DNA of 64,000 bases from assembly GCA_025350105.1 (NCBI GenBank), contig JANXYJ010000176.1:6183-70182 (forward strand), read 5' to 3'. Below are positions 53,517 to 61,510 of this stretch, piece after piece. The position numbers and the translations under genes were made by a program. This DNA is from Terriglobia bacterium (GTDB lineage Bacteria > Acidobacteriota > Terriglobia > Bryobacterales > Bryobacteraceae). Every line of letters begins with the position of its first letter. Within the stretch, counting starts at the first letter, position 1. The notes under the pieces are model-generated. The model did no database searches, was not told the DNA's origin, and was given only the letters and a program-made list of their open reading frames with translations.

Positions 53517-54553
53517 CTACGCGCTCCGGCAAGATATCCGCGCGCCACCATCGCCTCGGCAATCTGCACCGCATTGAGTGCCGCGCCTTTCAGCAGTTGA
53601 TCACCCGCCACAAACATGGCGATCGATTTCCCGCTGGGATCGCTCAGATCCTGGCGAATGCGCCCAACCAGAACGTCGCCTTGGCCCGAGGCGTCCTTCG
53701 GCATCGGGAAGTAATTCTTTTCAGGATCGTCGACGATCCTTACGCCGGGCGCGGTTTGCAAAATCGCGCGCACTTCGGCGGCCGTGATGGGACGTTCGCA
53801 TTCAAAATTCAATGCTTCCGAGTGCGCGCGCAAAACCGGCACACGAACACAGGTGGCGCTGATGCGAATGCCCGTATCTCCGAATATTTTTTGCGTCTCC
53901 TGCACCATCTTCGTCTCTTCTTCGTTATAGCCGGTGGCGGGATCGATCTTCGAATTGTGACTGAATAGATTAAATGCGTAAGGATGCGGCAGAACGGTGT
54001 TTTTGTATTCGCGATTTTCCAAGTGCGCGCGCGTGGATTCGGCCAATTCTTCCATCGCCGCCGCGCCTGCGCCCGATGCTGCTTGATACGTCGCGGCAAT
54101 CAAACGTTTTATTCGATTTTGTTGGTGAATGGGCCACAGTGGCGTAATCGCAATAATGGTTGAACAATTCGGATTCGCGATGATCCCCTGATGCTGAGCC
54201 ATTGCCTCGGGATTAATTTCCGGAATAATCAGCGGGACTTTTGGATCCATGCGAAACGCGGAGGAGTTGTCCACCACCACTGCACCGGCTTGCGCCGCGA
54301 TAGGTCCATATTTCCGAGAGATACTGCCGCCTGCGCTAAAGAAGGCGATGTCAACGTTACTGAAACTGTTCTCCGTCAGTTCCTGCACGTCAATTTCTCC
54401 GCCCTTAAACATCATCTTCTTGCCGACCGAGCGCGATGAAGCCAGCAGGCGCAGCTCCGCGATCGGGAAACTGCATTTTTCCAAACACTGAATAAATTCC
54501 ACGCCTACCGCGCCCGTTGCACCGGCGATGGCAACTCTGTACGACTCACTCAT
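53513..54553 (-). CDS. asd: aspartate-semialdehyde dehydrogenase
   Basis: 346 aa. Blocks are IAGATGAVG, NPNCSTI (active-site Cys) and SATCVRVPV. Confidence 0.95.
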   Translation of the reverse strand: MSESYRVAIAGATGAVGVEFIQCLEKCSFPIAELRLLASSRSVGKKMMFKGGEIDVQELTENSFSNVDIAFFSAGGSISRKYGPIAAQAGAVVVDNSSAFRMDPKVPLIIPEINPEAMAQHQGIIANPNCSTIIAITPLWPIHQQNRIKRLIAATYQAASGAGAAAMEELAESTRAHLENREYKNTVLPHPYAFNLFSHNSKIDPATGYNEEETKMVQETQKIFGDTGIRISATCVRVPVLRAHSEALNFECERPITAAEVRAILQTAPGVRIVDDPEKNYFPMPKDASGQGDVLVGRIRQDLSDPSGKSIAMFVAGDQLLKGAALNAVQIAEAMVARGYLAGARR

Positions 54554-55596
54554 GACTTTAGTAACTGCCCCTCTTTTTCTAGTAACTGCCTGGCCATTTT
54601 CTGATATGTTTCCACTGCCTGCAAAATGTCTCGCTTAGCAATCCGCTCTTCGCTGGTGTGCGCGACGTGAATGCTGCCGGGGCCGTATAGCAGCGGCTCG
54701 CCCCAACTGCCGTCGAACGCCGGAATGTCAGTAGTAAAAGACACCACCGAAGTCTCAAGACCCGGTATCGCGCGCATGTGAACCGCGGGAATGCACAGAA
54801 CTTCTCTTGCTTCTGCGATTCCCTCAACTGCCTTGATCACCGCGGCACGGGTAGATGCGCCATCATCCACAAGACGAATGAAGATTTCAGCCATCGCCTC
54901 ATCCGGAATCACGTTGGGCGCGCGGCCGCCTTTCAGTGTGGCGATATTCAGCGTACTCACTCCCAGAATCGCGTTGGTGGGCAATTGGATTTCACGTATC
55001 CGCGCCAGTGCGTCCAGCAATTTCAGAACGGCCGAGTCACCAAGATGCGGATACGCCGAGTGCGCCATTTTCCCCTTGGCCACAATCTCAAAACGCAGCG
55101 CGCCTTTGCTGCCCAGCACCAATTTGTTCTCGGTGGGTTCACCATTGATGATGAATTTGCTGCCACGAGGATCTTTTGCTGCAGCGTACGCGCCGGCGCT
55201 GTTGCGTTCCTCGCCGACCACAAACAACAAACCCAACCGGCGTTCACCCTGGGCGAGCAGCGCCTCCACGGCATGAATCATCGAAGCAATGATGCCTTTG
55301 GTATCACACGCACCGCGGCCCCAGATAAACTCGTCATCTTCACGCGATGGAAAGAACGGCGGCACGGTATCGATGTGCGTGGAGAACGTGACGACGGGCC
55401 GGTCCCAGTACGCCAGAATGTTGTTCCGGTGGGGCTCCACTTGAATCTTTTCGACGCGCCCACCCGTCCGCGCGGCCAGCGGCGACAGATAGTCGAAAAG
55501 AAAATCGCCCACCTGTTCTTCGTTGGGCGTAACCGAGTCGATATCGATCAAAGCCCTGGTCAGCTCAAAAACGTTAGCCGGTTCAAAAACATTCAT
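54550..55596 (-). CDS. dapE: M20 family metallohydrolase, probable succinyl-diaminopimelate desuccinylase
   Basis: HIDTVP, GRGACDTKG and GEE metal-site motifs are present. It is the first gene of the dap operon, which also holds dapD (succinylase branch). ATG 55596 is preferred over the TTG at 55602. Confidence 0.75.
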   Translation of the reverse strand: MNVFEPANVFELTRALIDIDSVTPNEEQVGDFLFDYLSPLAARTGGRVEKIQVEPHRNNILAYWDRPVVTFSTHIDTVPPFFPSREDDEFIWGRGACDTKGIIASMIHAVEALLAQGERRLGLLFVVGEERNSAGAYAAAKDPRGSKFIINGEPTENKLVLGSKGALRFEIVAKGKMAHSAYPHLGDSAVLKLLDALARIREIQLPTNAILGVSTLNIATLKGGRAPNVIPDEAMAEIFIRLVDDGASTRAAVIKAVEGIAEAREVLCIPAVHMRAIPGLETSVVSFTTDIPAFDGSWGEPLLYGPGSIHVAHTSEERIAKRDILQAVETYQKMARQLLEKEGQLLKS

Positions 55597-55734
55597 AAGC
55601 AAAACTGTTGGGGGATGGTGATGCTAAGGAGGGACGGCGGGATAGAGAACGACGATGTTGCTCAACCCAGCCGCTTCCCGATAGCACTCCACCCGGCCCG
55701 TTCAAAATTAACGGTCCTTGATTACTCAAGTTCG

Positions 55735-55935
55735 GATGACAGTGGGCAGGTATTAGCCTGACCCCCCAACCGCAGCCTGTCGAATTTAAGCCAGCTTTTC
55801 GAGAAAAGCTCTTGAATGATTCGACTGCGATTTCGGCGAAGCCGCCCCTTTCAGTCCACGCCCCCGTGTCTATGCGAACGACTCGCCCGGGAACCACGCG
55901 CGGAGCTTACTCATGGCCTTCGCTCCTCTACCAAG
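55735..55935 (-). promoter_or_regulatory. lysine riboswitch (L-box) in the 5' leader of dapE-asd-lysC-dapB-dapA-dapD
   Basis: The minus strand reads UAGAGGAGCGAAGGCCAUGAGUAAGCUCC ... GGACUGAAAGGGGCGGCUUCGCCGAAAUCGC ... AAGCUGGC ... CCCACUGUCAUCC. These are the conserved L-box blocks (AGAGGNGC, AUGAGUARGC, CUGAAAGGGG..CGCCGAA, CUGG, CACUGUCA). They occur in canonical order over about 200 nt, about 140 nt upstream of the operon start. Confidence 0.85.
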
Positions 55936-56096
55936 ATCTTTTTTTAGGGTAGCACGGGTGCAGGTGACGTTGATACGCTAAATCTAGCGTCATCGGAGCT
56001 ACCGCGGTCAATCAGAGCCAGCATATTGTACCTAGCGGTTACCTGAAACCGTGGTGTACACCGAACCCTCCCTCCGGCAAAAAGGGTTCCGTTTGG

Positions 56097-56408
56097 GTGA
56101 TCCAGAAGACGAATCCTCTACTAAGAGAATTGAAATCCCCGAACAACTATTTCTGTCAGAACGAGAGATTCACTATTTGGTCGAAAGACAGCGCTCTCGA
56201 CTCCTTCGCGGCCACAATGCTGGTTCGCGTAAAAGCATTCGCTGATCCCGTCAAGGAGATGTTGGCTACGGCAGGGCAGCAGTTATCGTGCGAAACTAAT
56301 GGCTTGACATCGAATAGAAGCAACGGCGAAGAAATCATCCGTATCATCTCAGCCCGCAAGGCTGAGCAGCATGACATCCGAAGATATCAAACGCAGAAAG
56401 TGGATTAA
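56097..56408 (+). pseudogene. brnT: BrnT (DUF497) family toxin, probably degenerate
   Basis: The C-terminus NGEEIIRIISARKAEQHDIRRYQ is a near-exact BrnT signature (GEEvIRIISARKA..E...Y). The N-terminal two-thirds lack the FxWD..K...N..KHG block. The segment between AFADP and the signature is about 13 aa shorter than I expect. Confidence 0.5.
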
Positions 56409-56616
56409 GAGCGAGCGGGAAGCCGTGCGTCGCGCGGCGGAAAGCCAAGCCGCCGGCGACGACTCGTTGATCAACTTCGCTGACATTCCGCGGCTTACCA
56501 AAGCCCGGTTGGCCAGCATGGTGCGGCTGGGCGACCTGGCACAACCTATTGGAAGCCGAACGGAGGACGGGGCGACTGTAACCGCCAAGCACTTCCCCAT
56601 CGCATACTATAGATGA
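56371..56616 (+). CDS. brnA: BrnA/DUF4415-like antitoxin, apparently lacking the C-terminal RHH
   Basis: 81 aa, overlapping the BrnT-like ORF by 38 nt. DDSLINFADIPRLTKARLASMV resembles the BrnA (D/E)IDFSDIPELT motif. The expected ...GKGYQTRINAVLR tail is absent. Confidence 0.4.
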   Translation: MTSEDIKRRKWIKSEREAVRRAAESQAAGDDSLINFADIPRLTKARLASMVRLGDLAQPIGSRTEDGATVTAKHFPIAYYR

Positions 56617-56617
56617 C

Positions 56618-57577
56618 GTGAGCAAGCGGCATCTAAAACGGCGCACGCTGGCGATGGTCCGTGGCGGGCAGGAGGATTTTCCCGCCTGGACTCCCAGAGC
56701 TCCTCAGGCTTTAGTGCGTTTCTATCTGGCCGAGGCGAGCGCCCTGTCGCGCTTCTGGATGCTGCTGGGCCGTGCCGCGGCGGTGTGCTATGAAGACGGC
56801 TGTTTCGGCATTGCAAAGGGCGTGGCCTATTCTGCGCTGTTGGCCTTCTTTCCTATCCTGACAACTTTAGCTGCGGTTCTGGTGCAGAACAACGCCGAAA
56901 GCGTGGCTCGGACGGTTTCGCGATTACTCTTCGATGTGGTGCCTCCTGGAACCGAAGCGGTTGTGCAGGATTTGTTTACCGTGAAGGGCAGCCGTCCGCC
57001 GTCGCTGCGGGTGGCCGCGGTGATTTTGGCGGCATGGGCAGGCTCCGGCGCGATGATGAGTCTGATGGAAGGCTTTCGGACCATATACAAGATCCCCAGC
57101 GGACGTTCCTTCGTCAAAGAACGCCTGATGGCGATGCTGCTGGTTGTCGTCTCCGCCATTCCTGTGCTGGGCGCTTCCGGCTTAATCGTTTACGGGAATC
57201 AAACCCAACGGACGTTCCTGCGCTGGCTGCGCTTGTACTCGGGCGATGGTGATTTGCGGGGCGGCGTTCGCCTTGCTGGACAGGCCGTCAATTTCGGCTT
57301 AGCAGCCGGCGCGGTGATTTTGGTGTTGGGCCTGATTTACTATTTCGGACCCAATCGCAAACAGTCTTTGGCGCAAGTGTTGCCTGGCGCCGCAGTCGCC
57401 ACGTTGATGTGGTTGATCTCCACCGTATTCATTGGCTGGTACATCCGCTACATTGGCCGCTATAACCTGCTCTATGGCAGCGTCGGCGCGGGATTGGCAT
57501 TGTTGGTGTGGAGCTACTTTCTTGCACTGATCGCGCTGTTCGGCTGCGCCTATAACGCGGTGCGGGAGCAAGACTGA
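56618..57577 (+). CDS. YihY/BrkB (virulence factor BrkB) family membrane protein
   Basis: 319 aa. FGIAKGVAYSALLAFFPILTTLA and the C-terminal LYGSVGAGLALLVWSYFLALIALFG are typical of YihY. The start may be at the internal Met at 56654. Confidence 0.8.
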   Translation: MSKRHLKRRTLAMVRGGQEDFPAWTPRAPQALVRFYLAEASALSRFWMLLGRAAAVCYEDGCFGIAKGVAYSALLAFFPILTTLAAVLVQNNAESVARTVSRLLFDVVPPGTEAVVQDLFTVKGSRPPSLRVAAVILAAWAGSGAMMSLMEGFRTIYKIPSGRSFVKERLMAMLLVVVSAIPVLGASGLIVYGNQTQRTFLRWLRLYSGDGDLRGGVRLAGQAVNFGLAAGAVILVLGLIYYFGPNRKQSLAQVLPGAAVATLMWLISTVFIGWYIRYIGRYNLLYGSVGAGLALLVWSYFLALIALFGCAYNAVREQD

Positions 57578-57580
57578 CGC

Positions 57581-59551
57581 TTATTTCTGCGGCACGTTTA
57601 CGTGCTGTTCACCATCGATGTAGCCAATGTATTCCAAGCGGCCCTTGGCCACTTCGCGTTGCGTATTGCCGTCGGAAGATTTAGCGGCCAGTGCGCGGAC
57701 GTTCACCGAACCTCCGCCGGCTGTATCCGCCTTGGTCAGCTTGAAGCTAAGCCTTCCCCCACCGAAACCGAAGCGCTTCTTCTTGGGTGTTTCGGAAATT
57801 TCTCCCGTTACACCTGCGCCTTTGGGAATCACCACGGTGCCATTCACCCGAAAATCTTCTGTGGCTGTAAAGCGAATCGGGCGGCCTAAATCGGCATCGT
57901 TCGGAATTTCGGCCGTCAACGTAATTTTGAACGGAAGACTATCGGACAAAGCCAATGCAACGGTATGTACTTCGGGCGCACGCACGACGGGAGCTGGCAC
58001 AGGTACCGGCTTAGGCTCTTCCGCCTGCACCGCAGCGGGCGCAAGCGTGGGCGTGGTCTTCGGCGCTTCGGGGACAGCCGTCGCAGGCACCCCCTTATCT
58101 TGTTTTGGGTTCTTCGCCCCATTCGCCGCGGCACTGGCGGCAGCGGCGTTGGCCGCAGCCACCACGGCTGGCGCCAACGTGCGCTTCGGGTTACGCATCT
58201 GCTCGATCACCGGCCCGGGAACCCCGGATTTGGACAGCGCAATGATGTCTTCAGTGGCAAACTCGAATTTGGTTTCGCCAGCATTGCGAATCTGGCTAAG
58301 GATCAACTCGGTCGGTACCTTGGCGGCAACCATCTGAAGGACGTCGCTATTGTCCATCACTTCCTTTACCGGAGCCGGCGGGGGCGACACAGGTTCGGGT
58401 TGCACTTGTGGCACCGGAATTGGCTGCGCGGCGGCCGCCTGCTTGGCTGCGCGTCCGGCGCTCTGCTTGATCAAAGAATACGTCCCGATGCCGCCACCCA
58501 GCAACAGCGCGATGGCAGCGCCAAGACCGATTGCCATTTTCGGCGATAAGCCGAAAGAAGAAGCAGTAGCACCAGCCGCCGGCGGTGGTGCAAGCGATGG
58601 TGCAGGTCCAGCTTGTCCCATCCCCTGTGCTATCGTGGGCGGTACCATCGTCGGCGGAGCCACTCTGGTCTGCACCGTCTGCGTGTACAGCGAACCGGAA
58701 TCAGAATCCCTTTTTAGCGGCGAGAGCGCACCCTGAACATCGCGCATTGTCCGCCAGCGGTCATCCGGGTTCTTGCGCAAGCACCGTTGGATGACTGCTT
58801 CCAGATCCGGCGGCGTATCGGGAGCCAACGCCGTCATCGGCGTCGTCTCATCACGCAAGATCGACGACAACGTTGACAGGCTCGACCCACCTTCAAAGGC
58901 TCTGCGTCCCGTAACCATCTCAAACATCACCGCGCCGAACGAAAAGATATCGCTGCGCGTATCCAGCTTCATGCCCTGCGCCTGCTCGGGCGACATGTAA
59001 CTCACTGTGCCCAGAATCGCCCCTTCCATGGTCAGCGGCGCGCCCATGGTTTGCGTATTGTCGTGCAGCTCCGCCGTGCGATCGGTAAGCTTGGCCAGAC
59101 CGAAGTCCAGGATCTTGACGAAGCCATTATCGGTAACCATGACGTTGGCGGGCTTCAAATCCCGGTGAATGATGCCAGCGGCGTGGGCGGCAGCAAGCGC
59201 GTCCGCCATCTGCAAACCGTATTTCACCGCTTGCGGTACCCGCAGGCCTTCTTTGGGGATCAAGTCGTTCAGCGTTTTACCTTGAACGTACTCCATCACC
59301 ATATACTCGGTATCGCCGTCGGATATGACGTCGTGAATGGTGATGATACTGGGGTGATTCAAGCCGGAAGCCGACTGGGCCTCCTGCAAAAAACGCCGGC
59401 GTCGCTCCGGATCGCCCGATTTGGCGCTAGGCAGCACCTTGATGGCAACGGTACGGTTTAGGCGCGTATCCAGGGCTTTATAGATCTCGCCCATGCCACC
59501 CGCGCCAAGCTTTTCAACAAACTGATACTGTTGGATCTTCTTGCCGAGCAT
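57581..59551 (-). CDS. serine/threonine protein kinase with TM segment and extracytoplasmic C-terminal region
   Basis: Met at 59551 gives MLGKKIQQYQFVEKLGAGGMGEIYKA. HRDLKPANV and DFGLAK motifs are present. A TM helix (IGLGAAIALLLGGGIG) follows, then Ala/Pro-rich linkers and a beta-rich C-terminal module. Confidence 0.9.
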   Translation of the reverse strand: MLGKKIQQYQFVEKLGAGGMGEIYKALDTRLNRTVAIKVLPSAKSGDPERRRRFLQEAQSASGLNHPSIITIHDVISDGDTEYMVMEYVQGKTLNDLIPKEGLRVPQAVKYGLQMADALAAAHAAGIIHRDLKPANVMVTDNGFVKILDFGLAKLTDRTAELHDNTQTMGAPLTMEGAILGTVSYMSPEQAQGMKLDTRSDIFSFGAVMFEMVTGRRAFEGGSSLSTLSSILRDETTPMTALAPDTPPDLEAVIQRCLRKNPDDRWRTMRDVQGALSPLKRDSDSGSLYTQTVQTRVAPPTMVPPTIAQGMGQAGPAPSLAPPPAAGATASSFGLSPKMAIGLGAAIALLLGGGIGTYSLIKQSAGRAAKQAAAAQPIPVPQVQPEPVSPPPAPVKEVMDNSDVLQMVAAKVPTELILSQIRNAGETKFEFATEDIIALSKSGVPGPVIEQMRNPKRTLAPAVVAAANAAAASAAANGAKNPKQDKGVPATAVPEAPKTTPTLAPAAVQAEEPKPVPVPAPVVRAPEVHTVALALSDSLPFKITLTAEIPNDADLGRPIRFTATEDFRVNGTVVIPKGAGVTGEISETPKKKRFGFGGGRLSFKLTKADTAGGGSVNVRALAAKSSDGNTQREVAKGRLEYIGYIDGEQHVNVPQK

Positions 59552-59719
59552 TGGTCCTCTGCACGAGTCTAGTTTGTCACAAAACGCCCACAAAATGCTC
59601 CCCTTGCATTTTGGTACGAGTAGGCGAGCGATTTTGCACGTTCCCTTCCGGATCAACTCCTAGTAAACTGAGCGCAGGTAGTTTGTTGAAGTGTAGTGCC
59701 TGAATGGAGGCTTTCTGCT

Positions 59720-61417
59720 ATGAAGCGTCTTATCGTTGGACTCGGTCTATTGCTCCTGCTCGTGATCGGTGCTGTGATCAGCCTTCCCTTCCTGATCGAT
59801 GCTGACCGCTTTCGCCCCAAACTGGAAGCGGAACTCACCAAAGTCCTCGGCCGGGACGTGAAGCTTGGCAATCTGAAACTGGCCATTATGTCCGGATCCG
59901 TCACTGCGTCGGACCTCTCCATCAGCGAGGATCCGGCGTTCTTACAAAAAGCTTCGGGGCGGAAGGACTTCGTCTCGGCGAAATCATTGAACGTCGCCGT
60001 CGATCTGAAGACTTTGATCTTCGACCGGAAGCTGGACGTTAAGGGCATCGAAATCGTCGGGCCCGCCATCGACATGATCCAAACCGCCAACGGGAAGTGG
60101 AATTTCTCCAGCCTGGGTAGTGACGAGCAGCGTGCGCAGCAGGCCCAAAACCGGGCACAAGAAGGCGGCGGAGCGCTTCCCGCCCTTTCCGTTAACAACA
60201 TCAAGATCACGAACGGAAGCGTTTCGCTCCTGCAACCCGGCGACGCGCACGCCATTGTTCTGGAGAACGTGAACATGGATATAAAGAACTTCACCCCCAC
60301 CGCTGCCGTGCCTTTCACCATCACCGCGAACCTGCCGGGTGGCGGCAACACCAGCATCAATGGAACCGTGGGTCCGTTCAACACCGTCGACGCCGCACGT
60401 ACGCCGGTTGAGACTGCATTGAAATTGAATGGCTTGGACTTAACAAAAAGTGGGCTGGTAAAAGCCGCCGCTCCCTTTCGCGGCGTGGTTTCGTTTGACG
60501 GTACGGGTTCATCGGACGGCAAGCAGGCCGTTTTTAAGGGCACTGTGCGCGGCGATCGACTCATTCTGGCGAAAGGCGGTTCGCCCGCCGGACGCCCGGT
60601 TAGCGTGAACTTCATCGTGGATCACGACTTGGACAAGATGTCCGGCGTGATTCAGCGCGGCGATATCGCCATCGGCAGCGCGAAAGCCGAACTCACTGGC
60701 CGGTATCAAATGAAAAACGACGAGCGAATCGTGAATCTGAAACTCGTTGCGCCCGCCATGGCCATTTCCGAACTGGAGCAACTGCTGCCCGCACTCGACG
60801 TAGTTCTGCCGAACGGAAGCAAACTCAACGGCGGGACGGTCTCTGCCCATCTCAGCTTCGCCGGACCCACCGACCGCCTGGTGACCGACGGTGCCTTGAG
60901 TTTGAACAACACCAGCCTCACCGGCTTCGACTTAGGTTCAAAGATCAACACCGTGGCAAAACTGGCCGGAATTCAGATTTCGCCAAACACGGACTTCAAA
61001 ACCGTCTCCGCCGATGTACACGCCGATCCGGCCCTCACCAGGCTGTCCAAGATCCTGGTCAACGTACCCACTATTGGCGAGCTCACCGGCGACGGCACCA
61101 TCGGCGCCGCCCATGATTTGGATTTCAAGATGCGCGCGAACGTGCACTCCAGTGGCGGTGCGCTTTCCGTGATCAGTTCCAGCGGCAATCTTGGCGTTTC
61201 GTTTGCCATCCAGGGGACGGCTTCAGAACCCAAGTTCATCGCCGACACCAAAGGCCTGGCCAAAGACATCGCCATGGACAAGTTGAAGAACCTGCAGCCG
61301 GCTGATGTCGTCAAAACCGTAGATCAATTCAAGAACATGAAATCCGGTGACATCGAAAAGAACGCCATCGGTGCGGCCGGGGAACTGATTGACTTGTTTG
61401 GACATAAGAAGAAGTAG
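59720..61417 (+). CDS. AsmA family protein
   Basis: ATG 59720 is preceded by GGAGG. MKRLIVGLGLLLLLVIGAVISLPFLIDADRFRPKLEAELTKVLGRDVKLGNL is a typical AsmA N-terminus. Confidence 0.8.
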   Translation: MKRLIVGLGLLLLLVIGAVISLPFLIDADRFRPKLEAELTKVLGRDVKLGNLKLAIMSGSVTASDLSISEDPAFLQKASGRKDFVSAKSLNVAVDLKTLIFDRKLDVKGIEIVGPAIDMIQTANGKWNFSSLGSDEQRAQQAQNRAQEGGGALPALSVNNIKITNGSVSLLQPGDAHAIVLENVNMDIKNFTPTAAVPFTITANLPGGGNTSINGTVGPFNTVDAARTPVETALKLNGLDLTKSGLVKAAAPFRGVVSFDGTGSSDGKQAVFKGTVRGDRLILAKGGSPAGRPVSVNFIVDHDLDKMSGVIQRGDIAIGSAKAELTGRYQMKNDERIVNLKLVAPAMAISELEQLLPALDVVLPNGSKLNGGTVSAHLSFAGPTDRLVTDGALSLNNTSLTGFDLGSKINTVAKLAGIQISPNTDFKTVSADVHADPALTRLSKILVNVPTIGELTGDGTIGAAHDLDFKMRANVHSSGGALSVISSSGNLGVSFAIQGTASEPKFIADTKGLAKDIAMDKLKNLQPADVVKTVDQFKNMKSGDIEKNAIGAAGELIDLFGHKKK

Positions 61418-61510
61418 CGCGGCCTTTTACCTTCATTGTTTGCTATTTTGGTCTCGAGGCTCGACGCCCAAAATTCGGATGTCAACTAGGGACAGTGCCG
61501 GGAGATCATC

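Noticed and set aside
54778-55761. 327-aa ORF on the plus strand
   Set aside because: It is antisense to the dapE-like gene and runs through the lysine riboswitch region. Its Arg-rich composition is typical of mirror frames and I recognise no family.
56618-56730. Idea that the 5' end of the yihY ORF encodes the missing C-terminal RHH of the BrnA-like antitoxin
   Set aside because: The resemblance is QALVRFYLAEA versus NAVLRAYVEA. It is short, and it is in a different frame with no clean frameshift junction. The segment runs directly into the YihY N-terminal region. I treat it as coincidence.
59653-60615. 320-aa ORF on the minus strand
   Set aside because: It lies entirely antisense to the well-supported AsmA gene. 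The product is Ser/Pro/Arg/Thr-rich with no motifs. Long antisense ORFs are a known artefact in GC-rich DNA.
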